This document shows, in pieces, positions 11,260-22,701 of a stretch of 51,971 bases of DNA. Every line of letters begins with the position of its first letter. Position 1 is the stretch's first letter. The notes below the pieces were generated by a model, which worked only from the letters and a program-made list of their open reading frames with translations, had not been told where the DNA came from and did no database searches. Both the position numbers and the translations under genes were made by a program. Source of the DNA: Chiloscyllium plagiosum (lineage: Eukaryota); the NCBI RefSeq assembly GCF_004010195.1, contig NC_057757.1, forward strand, positions 2,503,292 to 2,555,262, in the 5' to 3' direction.

Positions 11260-12260
11260 TGAACAAAGAGACCTTGGAGTGCAGGTTCATAGTCCCTTGA
11301 AAGTAGAGCCGCAGTGGACAGGATCGTGAGGGAGGCGTTTCGTATGCTTGCCTTTCTTGGTCAGCCCATTGGGTATAAGAGTTGGAAAGAGTAAATGAGG
11401 AGTGATGAAGGGCCTATGTCCGAAATGTTACCTCTCCTGCTCCTCGGATGCTGCCTGACCAGCTGTGCTTTTCCAGCACCACACGTTTTGACCTTATAGG
11501 AGCTGGGAGGTCATGTTGTGACTGTACAGGACATTAGTTAGGCCACATTTGGAATTCAGTGTTCAATTCTGGTCTCCCTGCGGTAGGAGGGATGTTCAGA
11601 AACTTGAGAGAGTTCAGAAACAATTTACGAGGATATTGCCGGGGTTGGGGGGTTTGAGCTATAAGGAGAGGTTGAATAGGCTGGGGCTGTTTTCCCTGGA
11701 GCATTGGAAAATAAGGGGTAACCTTACAGTCAAGGTCTTTTTTCTCAGGTTAGGGGAGTCCAAAGGGGATTCACTAGAATGATACCAGGAATGAGATCTT
11801 TTAGATACAGGGGAAGACGAGAACCATAGAGTCGTACAGCTACCATAGCAACAAACATTTTTTACGCAGTTATACAGCACGGAAACAAACCCTTCAGTCC
11901 AACTCCTCCATACCGTCCAGATATCCCAACCCAATCTAGTCCCACCTGCCAGCACCCGGCCCATATCCCTCCAAACCCTTCCTATTCATACACCCATCCA
12001 AATGCCTCTTAAATGTTGTAATTGTACCAGCCTCCACCACATCCTCTGGCAGCTCATTCCATACACGTACCACATCCTCTGCGTGATAAACTTGCCCCTT
12101 AGGTCTCTTTTATATCTTTCCCCTCTCACCCTAAACCTATGCCCTCTAATTCTGGACTCCCCCACCCCAGGGAAAAGACCTTGCCTATTTACCCTATCCA
12201 TGCCCCTCTATAAGGTCAGCCCTCAGCCTCCGAGGGTCCAGGGAAAACAGCCCCAGCCCT
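11260..12260. mobile_element. Two CR1/HER1 LINE fragments (+ ~11260-11860, - ~11870-12260); family A tail inserted at ~11386-11494
   Basis: RT C-terminal motifs on both strands; insert flanked by tataagagttgg / tataggagctgg. Confidence 0.85.
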
Positions 12261-12872
12261 GTGTTACAATAATGGACAGTGTTGATTTGACCGCTTGTAA
12301 CTTGCCTTTTGTTTTCCTGTGATATAATCACCTTCCTGTTAGTCCCTGCAAATATTCAATTCCGTGTTTGAATAAACTCACACATTCTTTGCCCCTGCCA
12401 CCCGTTTAATCAGACCACACTCACTAACGTGAGTCCAGTGACGGGATCAGGGGGTTGATGGGTGATCTGGGCTACCTAAGTCCGGATTCTCATCCTGATG
12501 AAGGCCTTATGCCCGGAACGTCGAATCCTCCTGCTCCTCGGGCACTGCCTGACCTGCTGCGATTTTCCAGCGCTACGCTCTCTCGACCTCAGAGTGTCAG
12601 CGGTGTACTGATCCCACAAAACCAGAACTCCCTCCGCCCAGGTCCCTGCGAGGCTGCAGTGCAAACCACCAAGCAGCCGAAATGTGGTCAGACCAATGAT
12701 CTGTGGAGATGGAGCGCCCCGTCCTCACCCTGCTTTTCGAAAGCTCGCGTTTCGCCACTTTGCTTTTTATGAAAGACCAACATATTATGAAAGTACCTGT
12801 TCTTGCTAACCTAAAGAAATACAAAGAGGATGTTCGCTTTTCTGAGAAAAGGTGAAATTTTTCCCCGTATGA

Positions 12873-13610
12873 GCGGCACGGTGGCTCAGTGGTTAGTGCT
12901 GCGGCCTCACAGCACCAGGGTTCTGGGTTTGATTACAACTTAGGTGTCTGTCTGTGTGGAGTTTGCACACTCTCGCTGTGTCTGCATGGGTTTCCTCCCA
13001 CAGTCCAAAAATGTGCAGGTTAGGGTGGATTGGCCGTGCTAAATTATCCCATAATGCCCAGGGATGTGCAGGTTAGGGTGGATTGGCCGTGCTAAATTGT
13101 TCCATAGTACCCAGGGATGTGCAGGTTAGGGGGGATTGGCCGTGCTAAATTGTCACATAGTGTCCAGGAATGTGCAGGTTAGGGTGGATTGGCCATGCTA
13201 AATTGTCCCATAGTGTCCAAGGATGTGCAGGTTAGGGTGGATTGGCCATGCTAAATTGTCCCATAGTGTCCAGGGATGTGCAGGTTAGGGTGGATTGGCC
13301 ATGCTAAATTGTCCCATAGTGCCCAGGGATGTGTAGGTTAGGGTGGATTGGCCGTGCTAAATTGTCCCACAGTGCCCAGGGATGTGCACGTTAGGGTGGA
13401 TTGGCCATGCTAAATTGTCCCCTAGTGTCCAGGGATGTGCAGGTTAGGGTGGACTGGCCGTGCTAAATTGCCCATAGTGTTAGGTGTGCTAGTCAGGGGT
13501 AAATATAGGGTAGGGGGAATGAGTTTGGGTGGGTTACTCTTTGGAGGGTCAGTGTGGACTTGTTGGGCCGAAGGGCCTGTTTCCATTCTGTAGGGAATCT
13601 AATCTAATCA
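12873..13610 (+). mobile_element. Full-length HE1/V-SINE with an internal 53-bp array (~13010-13480, ~9 copies)
   Basis: Head gcggcacggtggctcagtggttagtgctgcggcctcacagc; tail gggccgaagggcctgtttccattctgtagggaatctaatctaatc. Confidence 0.93.
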
Positions 13611-13912
13611 TAAATTTATGATTCTTTGCTTTATGTCATTTCAGCTTACGAAAGGTTTCATCGGAGCTTTCCGATAGTGGGGAATCCTGTAGTTATAAAC
13701 CCTGGATCCTATACGCCTTTCGAATAACCCGGTTTCCACTCGCCTGGCCAGCGATCCCCGAGGTCCCTACGCTCCTGTACTCCCCTCAGAGTTGCACTGT
13801 TGAGGCCGGTTCTTCTAAGAAAATACACAAAGGATAAGTGTTTCCCAGCTGCTTTCAGAATGAAGCCAACAGCGTGGGTTCAATTCCTGCTTTGTCTGAG
13901 GTTATGACGAAT

Positions 13913-14985
13913 GCTGTACGTCTCTATGACTCTATGCAGGACTTATACACTTAATGGTGAGGTCCTAAGGAGTGTTGCTGAACAAAGAGACCTTGGAGTG
14001 CAGGTTCATAGCTCCTTGAAAGTGGAGTCACAGGTAGATAGGATAGTGAAGGCAGCGTTTGGTACGCTTTCCTTTATTGGTCAGAGTATTGAGTACAGGA
14101 GTTGGGAGGCCATGCTATGGCTGTACAGGACATTGGTTAGGTCACTTTTGGAACATTTAGTGCAATTCTGGTCTCCTTCCTATCGGAAGGATGTTGTGAA
14201 ACTTGAAAGGGTTCAGAAAAGATTTACAAGGATGTTGCCAGGGTTGGAGGATTTGAGCTATATGGAGAGGTTGAACAGGCTGGGGCTGTTTTCCCTGGAG
14301 CATCGGAGGCTGAGGGGTGACCTTATAGAGGTTTATAAAATCATGAGGGGCATGGATAGGATAAAGGTGTTTTCCCTGGGGTGGGGGGAGTCCTGAACTA
14401 GAGGGCATAGGTTTAAGGTGAGAGGGGAAAGATATATAAGAGACCTAAGGGGCAACGTTTTCACGCAGAGGGTGGTGTATGTATGGATTGTGCTGCTAGA
14501 GGATGTGGTGGAGGCTGGTACAATTACAGCATTTAAAAGGCACATGGATGGGTATATGAATAGGAAGGGTTTGGAGGGATATGGTCCAAGTGCTGGTAGG
14601 TGGGACTAGATTGAGTTAGGAATCTGGTCAGCATGGATGAGTTGGACCGAAGGAAGTGGAGTTGCAGGTCAATAGGATAGTGAAGGCGGCGTTTGGTATG
14701 CTTTCCTTTATTGGTCAGAGTATTGAGTACAGGAGTTGGGAGGTCATGCTAAGGCTGTACAGGACATTGGTTCGGCCACTGTTGGAATATTGCATGCAAT
14801 TCTGGTCTCCTTCCTATCGGAAGGATGTTGTGAAACTTGAAAGGGTTCAGAAAAGATTTACAAGGATGTTGCCAGGGTTGGAGTGTTTGAGCTTTAGGGA
14901 GAGGCTGAACAGGCTGGGGCTGTTTTCTCTGGAGCGTCGGAGGCTGAGGGGTGACCGTGCTGTACATCTCTGTGACTCTATGACT
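13913..14985 (+). mobile_element. Rearranged or partly duplicated CR1/HER1 LINE 3' region
   Basis: RT C-terminus to 14652, a second pass through the same region at 14654-14956, and tail motifs at both ends. Confidence 0.9.
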
Positions 14986-15329
14986 GAAAATATTGAGGCA
15001 GCAGGACATATCACCCAAAGGGTTGGGAAAGTAGTCAAGGAAACTCAATGTAGAAATTTCCAGGTCAATCCTCAAGTGGAGAGGTACACTTACTGAAAAT
15101 AATCCAGTGCAAAAAAACCCCAATGTCACAGCACACACAAACCCCTCCTCCTAACTGGAAATAGAGCCAAGATTGACAAATTCCAACTAAAACGACAAGA
15201 GGTCAAATTTAATTTTGACAGAACGGACAAACTATTGCCGGAGTTGAGATGATGAGGAGTGAATCAGCTTTGAGAAACCTCAGTAAGACTGGGCCCACTG
15301 TCGACTATGTGTTTGCACAAAGCCATTGT

Positions 15330-16300
15330 CAATGAACGATTATTCCAATGGTGAAAGATTGCAGCGTGCCGCAGTGCAGAGGGAGCTGGGAGTCCTTGTG
15401 CATGAATCACAGGAAGTTGGTTTGCAGGTGCAGCAGGTAATTAAGAAGGCAAATGGAATAGTGTCCTTCATTGCTCAAGGGATGGAGTTTAAATTAGAGT
15501 GGTGCTGGAAAAGCACAGCAGGTCAGGCAGCATCCGAGGAGCAGGAAAATCGACATTTCGGGCAAAGGCCCTTCATCCTTCCTGATGATGAGTGTTTGCC
15601 CGAAACATCGATTTTCCTGCTCCTCGGATGCTGCCTGACCTGCTGTGCTTTTCCAGCACCACTCTAATCCAGACTCTGGTTTCCAGCATCTGCAGTGCTT
15701 ACTTTTGCCTGAATGGAGTTTAAAAACAGGGAGGTCATGCTGCAGCTGTATAGGGTGCTGGGGAGGCCACACCTGGAGTACTGTGTACAGTTTTGGTCTC
15801 CTTACTTGGGAAAGGATGTCCTGGCACTGGAGGGGGCGCAGAGGAGGGTCATTAGGTCGATTCTGGTGTTGAGAGGGTTGGCTCATGAGGAGGGATTGAA
15901 CAGACTGGGACTATACTCATGGGAATTTCGAAGCATGAGTCGGGGGGATCTTAGAGAAACATATGAAATGATGAAGGGATTAGAAGCAGGGAGGCTGGTT
16001 TCACTGGTGGGTCAACTAGGGGGCATCGGGGGGGGGGGAGATGATTTGGGACTGAGTTCAGGAGGAAATTCTTCACCCAAAGGGCTTTGAATCTGTGGAA
16101 TTCCCTGCCCAGGGAAGTAGTTGAGGCTACCCCATTGAATGTTTTTAGATAGATTTTGGAACAGTAAAGGAATGAAGGGTTAGGGTGAGCGGGCGGGAGA
16201 GAGGAGCTGAGTCCATGAAAAGATCAGCCATCTTATTGACTGGTGGAACAGGGCTCAAGGGGCCAGGCGGCCTACTCCTGCTCCTATTTCTGACGGTCTT
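15330..16300 (+). mobile_element. CR1-clade LINE fragment interrupted by a fold-back family A element (15494-15712)
   Basis: QVQQVIKKANGIVSFIAQGMEFK|MEFKNREVMLQLYRVLGRPHLEYCVQFWSP; 12-bp TSD atggagtttaaa at 15482-15493 and 15713-15724. Confidence 0.9.
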
Positions 16301-16653
16301 ATGTCAACTTGATCATGTTTTGGAAGGGAACAATCTTTCATCACCGCAGACACATAGGCCTCTCTGGAGAATGTGTGCCTTCATGGCTTCAGAAAAGTGT
16401 GAACCCAGCATTTATAGTTGGGTTCTGGCAATAGTTTGTCAGCTCTAAGTTTGACCTCTGGTTGTTTTAGCTCGATTTTGTCACTCTTGGGTTCTATCAT
16501 CAGCGCTCCAAGAGAAAAGGGCGAACAACTTACTGTGGTGACAGGAACAACACTCCCTGGAGATGGAACGTCACCTGGATGAACGGCCAACGACAATGCA
16601 CACGCATACCATTAGCAGGTCAAGACTAGGTGTGAAATATAACGGGGAAACCG

Positions 16654-17015
16654 GGTGGCACGGTGGCACAGTGGTTAGCACTGCTGCCTCACAGCGCCAG
16701 AGACCCGGGTTCAATTCCCGCCTCAGGTGACTGACTGTGGGGAGTTTGCACGTTCTCCCCGTGTCTGTGTGGGTTTCCTCCGGGTGCTCCGGTTTCCTCC
16801 CACAGTCCAAAGATGTGCAGGTTAAGTGAATTGGCCATGCTAAATTGCCCCTAGTGTTAGGTAAGGGGTAAATGTAGAGGAATGGGTGGTTGTGTTTCGA
16901 CTTGTTGGGCCGAAGGGCCTGTTTCCACACTGTAAGTAATCTAATCTAAACAGTCCCACCAAAATTGAACAGGATGGGAAGTGGGGTGCCAACATTTTAA
17001 AAAAAAAGAAAAAAA
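16654..17015 (+). mobile_element. Full-length HE1/V-SINE with 3' extension, poly(A) and 19-bp TSD
   Basis: SINE 16654-16949, unique ~50 bp ending in TTTT, an A-tract, and TSD aaatataacggggaaaccg at 16635-16653 and 17016-17034. Confidence 0.9.
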
Positions 17016-17894
17016 AAATATAACGGGGAAACCGTTGGGAATAATGCACGAGGAGAATTGCGTGCTTGGTCACCAACTTGGGGTAACGCTGTGGGCTCAC
17101 GTTATTCCTTGCCTGGACAGGGGTTAATGCGTGAACGTGGATCCTGGTACCTCTCAGTTGTGTGAAACGCCCACAGCTGGTGGCTGGTGCCTGTTGTTGC
17201 ACGGTCCGTCCTGATTACAGGGGGGAGGGGAAAGGACGTGGGTAGGGATCTGAAAGCAAGGATGCCAAGTTTTAAAACTGCGAGGCGACATGGGTGAGAG
17301 GGCACAGGAAGAGAGTTAGGAGCTGAACAGCTGTATTGTGGGCCAGCTCGTGTTCGTGGAGAGCAGAAGGTGGGAAGCCGACCAGGGAGAGCCTTGGGAC
17401 AGAATAAAATTGGCAACGGCAATCCTCCTGCAAAGGGGGAAAGCAACCAAACAATACTGTTTTTGTGCTGCTGTTAGATCAGAGGCATTGCACTGCCGTG
17501 ACGGGAAGTGAGCTGCACTTGGAAGTTGAAAATTGGGGTCTGTTGTTTGTACGCTCAGCCAACACGCATCAATGGCTTTGCAGGCATTTGATCTTTCAAG
17601 TGGTATTTGTCTTTGCAAGCGGATGAGAAACGGTTTAATAGTTTGCATCGAATGCTTGTTCCCTTTGTCCCTTGGAGGGATGGTACACTGCGTTAACCAG
17701 GGGTGATCCAAATCAGCCAGCCCTGCAAAGACCTCTGCAAATTATTCTCACAAAGGAATGCCTTCCAAAACTGTTCCCTTCACACCACATCCCAGACAGC
17801 TCCAGAGGATTGACATTCAACACCACAGATTAACGGTGGAGTTTATTTAAGGGGGGAGTCTGAGTTACCATAGCAACAGGAACCTTCTACACAG

Positions 17895-18710
17895 AGCTGT
17901 ACAGCACAGACACAGACCCTTCAGTCTGACTCCTCCATGCCGACCAGATATCCTAAATTAATCTAGTCCCACCTGCCAGCACCCGGCCCGTATCCCTCCA
18001 AACCCTTCCTATTCATAAACCCATCCAGATGCCTCTTAAATGTTGTAATTGTACCAGCCTCCACCACATCCTCTGGCAGCTCATTCCATACACGTACCAC
18101 CCTCTGCGTGAAAAGGTTGCCCCTTAGGTCCCTTTTATATCTTTCCCCTCTCACCTTAAACCTATGCCCTCTAGTTCTGGACTCCCCCACCCCAGGGAAA
18201 AGACTTTGTCTATTTACACTATCCATGCCCCTCATGATTTTATAAACCTCTATAAGGTCACCCCTCAGCCTGTGACGCTCCAGGGAAAACAGCCCCAGCC
18301 TGTTCAGCCTCTCCCTGTAGCTCAAAATCCTTTAACCCTGGCAACATCCTTGTAAGTCTCTTTTGCACTCTTTTGAGTTTAACCACTTCTTTCCTCGAGC
18401 AGGGGAGACCACAACTGAGCACAATGGCCTAACCCATGTCCTGTACAGCCGCAACATGGCCTCCCAACTCCTGTACTCAATACTCTGACCAATAAAGGAA
18501 AGCATACCAAACGCCTTCTTCACTATCCTATCTACCTGTGACTCCACTTCCAAGTAACTATGAACCTGCACTCCAAGGTCTCTTTGCTCAGCAACACTCC
18601 TTAGGACCTCACCATTAAGTGTGTCAGTGCTGCCCTGATTTGCCTTTCCAAAATGCAGCACCTCACATTTATCTCAATTACATTTTGTCTGCCATTCCTA
18701 GGCCCATCTG
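17895..18710 (-). mobile_element. CR1/HER1 LINE 3' fragment
   Basis: ORFs 17963-18325 and 18332-18661 match the same RT C-terminus. Confidence 0.92.
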
Positions 18711-19272
18711 AATGTCTTTGACCACACCCTGGACACGTTCTGTGATCGTCAGGGGTCGGAATGGCTCTCGAACCCTAAGACATCTGATACTCTGATCACA
18801 GCTCCACGCGGCCTCTGAACACCTTGACACAATTTCCGAAGGGCCAATAATCGCATTGTAATGTTAGAGCATGCCATCCAGGTCCTTGGCATTAGCTCTA
18901 TTCAGTCACGCCATGCCCTAGTGGTATTATCACTAGAATATTAATCTAGAAACGCAGCTAATGTTGCAAGGACCACAGTGGATGGTGGAATTTGGTTTCA
19001 ATAAAGAATTCTTTTTTCTCTTTATTCATTCACAGGATGAAGGCGTCAATGGCCAGGGCAGGATTCATTGCCCCAAAGGGCAGTTAAGAGTCAACCATGT
19101 TGCTATGGGTCTGGAGTCACATGTAGGCCAGACCAGGTAAGGATGGCAGCTTCCTTCCCTAACTGGTGGACCAGATGGGGTTTTCCCCTTGCCAGCTGGC
19201 AATGGATTCATGGTTATCATTGGATTCTTAATTCCAGACATTTAGTGAATTCAAAATCCACCATCTGCCAGG

Positions 19273-19448
19273 AGAAAGTGCGGACCGGAGTTGCTGGAGA
19301 TCAGAGTCGAGAGTGCGGTGCTGGAAAAGCGCAGCATCCGTGCAGCAGGAGCAGCCTCATTCCTGATGAAGGACTTATGCCTGAAGCATCGATTCTCCTG
19401 CCCCTCAGCTGCTGCCTGGCCTGCCGTGCTTTTCCAGCATCACACCTG
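19273..19448. mobile_element. Fold-back family A insertion inside a SINE
   Basis: Perfect 14-bp TSD caccatctgccagg at 19259-19272 and 19449-19462; decayed motif CTGATGAaggacttatgcctGAAGCATC. Confidence 0.85.
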
Positions 19449-20366
19449 CACCATCTGCCAGGGTCAAGGATTTGAACCCAGGACCTCACGAACATTACCT
19501 GGGTCTCTGGATTAACAGTTCAGCAATAATACCGTTAGGCCATCACCACGAATCCATTGGAATAATCCATCTGTTCACTAATCCCCTTTAGGGATGGAAA
19601 TCTGCCATCCTTACCTGTGGTCTGGCCCATATGTAACTCTAGGCCCACAGCGATGTGATGGTCTCTTAACTGCCCTCTGAGCCATTAGGGATGGGCAATA
19701 AATGCCAGGCATAGGCAGCGATGCCATCATCCAGTGAGTGAATAAAGGAAAAGGAAATGATGTCTGATTGAATGGATACTGAGCTTCCTCCCCGCTTAAG
19801 GAAGGCGCTTGATTGACAGGAAGATAAAAGAAGGATTTCAAAGGTTCCCCTGAAGAAATGCAATGTCGTCATCAATGTGTGGGAGACCCTTGTTCAGAAG
19901 AAACTGTCTCAGAGGGAGCTCCTGTACATGGAGACGCAATTCTTCAAGAGAGAGAGTCCTTGGCAAGGGACAGTATGGAAAAGAAACTTGAAAACAGGAA
20001 TGCCAGGGATCTCAGGGCTAAGGATGGACTCCACCTCCCGGAAACACCGAAGGTGTGGTTGGAGGTATGGGTCTGGGATCAGCCACACCCAGAGGCCGTG
20101 GCCAGTGAGGTGGAACTTCCCAGGTCAATAACCATTCTCATTGGCCAGCGATTGCTAAAGGTGACAAAGGCAAAATCGCTGTAGTCCCCATTACAGCGAG
20201 CGATGACTGGTGGCGGTTTAACCGGAGGGTCACCAAGCTCCAGATGAGGGGAGGGGTTGAGAAGGAGAGTCCTGCGTGGTAACCCCAACCTATGCTAGGA
20301 TTGAACCCAGTGCGTTGGCATCACCAACAGAGCTAAGTGACTCCAGGCAGGTGGGTGGGGTGCATT

Positions 20367-21150
20367 AGGCAAAAGTGAGGACTGCAGATGCTGGAGGTCA
20401 GAGTCAAGATTAGAGTGGTGAGCAGGTCAGGCAGCATCTGAGGAGCAGGAAAATCAATGTTTCGGGCAGGAGCCCTTCATCAGGAATGACGCTGGGAACT
20501 TCCAGGGTGGAGAGATAAATGGGAGAGGGGTGGGGCTGGGGAGAAGGTAGCTAAGAGTGCAATAGGTAGATGGAAGTGGGGATAAAGGTGATAGGCCGGA
20601 GAGGAGGGTGGAGCAGATAGGTGGGAAGGAAGATTGTCAGGTAGGACAGTTCATGAGGATGGTGTTGAGTTAGAAGGTTGGAACTGGGGTAAGGGGGGGG
20701 GGGGGGGAGGGGAAATGAAGAAACTGGTGAAGTCCAAATTCATGCCCCGGCAGAAGTAAAGGTGTTCTTCCTCCAGGCATTAAGTGGTGAGGCAGCAGCG
20801 GTGGAGGAGGCCCAGGACCTGCATGTCCTTGGTAGAGTGGATGGGGGCGTTGAAATGTTCAGCCACGGGGCAGTGGGGTTGATTGGTGCGGGTGTCCCAG
20901 AGATGTTCCCTAAAGCGCTCTGCGAAAAGGCATCCAGTCTCCCCAGTGTAAAGGAGACCACACCGGGAGCAACGGATACAATAAATGATATTTGTGGAAG
21001 TGCAGGTGAAACTTTAATGGATCCTTGCGTTCCTTTGGAACACATTGTGAGCGTCGACTTGGGGTGGGATCCCCAGCAGCAGGTGGCGATGGTGAGGCAG
21101 GAGGAGGAGTGGCTGGATCAGTCAAATGGAGAAAGAAAGAGCGTCTTTGG
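20367..21150 (-). mobile_element. 5'-truncated Penelope-like element: GIY-YIG endonuclease remnant plus family A tail
   Basis: Minus strand reads FTCTSTNIIYCIRCSRCGLLYTGETGCLFAERFREHLWDTRTNQPHCPVAEHFN; downstream is CTGATGA-A-GGGC-tcct-GCCC-GAAACATT (20453-20487) and the tail ccagcatctgcagtcctcacttttgcct. Confidence 0.85.
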
Positions 21151-21944
21151 TAGAGAGAGGGAGAGGGCAGAAGACAAGGGACAGATGTCAGACAAAGGAA
21201 CTCCTGTGCCCATTATCCTGGTCTCTCCTGTTATTGGGAGTCAGGGTTGGAAAGGAAAATCCTGCAAATGACACTCTCATAGAAAATTGGGGCAGGAGTA
21301 GACATTTTTGGCCCTTCAGTCCTAATCTGCCACTCAATATGATGATGGCCGATCATCCAACCCGGTATCCTGTTCCCGCTTTTTCCCACATACCTTTCGA
21401 TCCCTATGCCTGACTCCTTCCGGCAATGCTTTGGCCTCGACCGCTTTCTGTGACGGAGAATTCCACAGACTCCCCGCTCTCGGGGTGAAGACATCTCAGG
21501 ATGATCTGCACGATCAACGTGACGCGCCTTCCATACTTCAAAATGGAACTCTGCGGTATTGTTCATGTCCAAGCCAAGTCACCTCCCACGACAAATGGGA
21601 AATGGTGGTGGAGGGTGCGGCGTGTCTGCTGGTTGGTCCATAGGGAGACCATTTCCCATCAGTAACGGGGTCGATACACAGCAGGCATAGTTTTGAGGCC
21701 AGGAGCAGGGGTTTGAGAGGAGATTGGAGGGGTTTTCTTCACCCTCAGCATGGTCAATGTGTCTCTGGAACTCAGACTGTAGAGGCAGGAACCCTCAAGA
21801 TATTCAGGAATTATCCTGATGATCACCAATGGCCTAAGTGCTGGGAAATGGGATGAGAAGCGGTGGGTGTTTGATGGCTAGCACTGACACGATGGGCCGA
21901 AGGTTGTAAAATTACTACCTCCCACCCAGTCTCTGCTATTCCTC

Positions 21945-22590
21945 CCCTTCCCGCTGGTCCTCCGGATGGCGCTGCTCTTCCAGATGGCGTTGTCCTTCCG
22001 CTGCTCCTCCGAGAGGCGCTGTTGCTGCTCCTCCGGTTGGCGCTGTTCCTTCCGCAGCCGCTGGTCCTCCGAGTGGCGCTGTACCTGGTCCTCCCACACC
22101 CCCGCTGGTTGTTGCTCCCTCTCCCAGTCGTTCCTCTCCCGGCCGCCGCTCCTCCAAGTGGCGCTATTCTGGATCCTCCCACCCTGCCAGGTTGTTGCTT
22201 CCTTTCCCTGTCGTTCCTATTCCTGCCGTTGCTCCTCCGAGTGGCGCTGTACCGGGTCCTCCCACCCTGGCTGGTTGTTGCTTCCTCTCCCTGTCGTTCC
22301 TATTCCGACCGCCGTTCCTCCGAGTGGCGCTGTACCGGGTCCTCCCACACCCCCCGCTGGTTGTTGCTCCCTTTCCCTGCCGTTCCTCCCGCGGCCGCCG
22401 CTCCTCCGAGTGGCGCTGTACCGGGTCCTCCCACACCCCCCCGCTGGTTGTTGCTCCCACTCCCTGCCGTTCCTCCCGTGGCCGCCGCTCCTCCGAGTGG
22501 CGCTGTACCGGGTCCTCCCACCCTGGCTGGTTGTTGCTCCCTCTCCCTGCCGTTCCTCCCGCGGCCGCCGCTCCTCCGAGTGGCGCTGCC
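21945..22590. repeat. GC-rich minisatellite, unit 83-87 bp (~6 copies) plus shorter subunits, directly upstream of the TRAPPC14 start codon
   Basis: cctcc[g/a]agtggcgct recurs; its [g/a]ag triplet starts at 22071, 22156, 22239, 22322, 22408, 22495, 22578. Confidence 0.95.
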
Positions 22591-22701
22591 GGACGGATTC
22601 GTTGTGCAGGGGGTGTGGTTGGGAGCGGGGCCGGCCGTTGCCATGGTGAAGGGCGGGGGTTAGGCCGGAGCCCGAGCCCGAGCCCGAGCCGGGGCAGGGC
22701 A

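Noticed and set aside
12873..12950. tRNA-like sequences at SINE heads
   Set aside because: They run directly into the V-domain and are SINE Pol III promoters, not tRNA genes
13649..13816. Apparent minus-strand exon with good acceptor and donor
   Set aside because: All three frames contain stops, and the sequence translates to a decayed CR1 RT segment (LRGVQERRDLG...KAY)
15494..15666. Fold-back elements as pre-miRNAs or classical MITEs
   Set aside because: They are multi-copy, have variable 9-15 bp TSDs and a one-sided tail, and are identical to the 3' end of a GIY-YIG retroelement at 20367-21150
22070..22590. REST/RE1 sites in the promoter minisatellite (GGCGCTGTACCGGGTCCT)
   Set aside because: Only one half-site resembles RE1; the CAGCACC half is poorly matched
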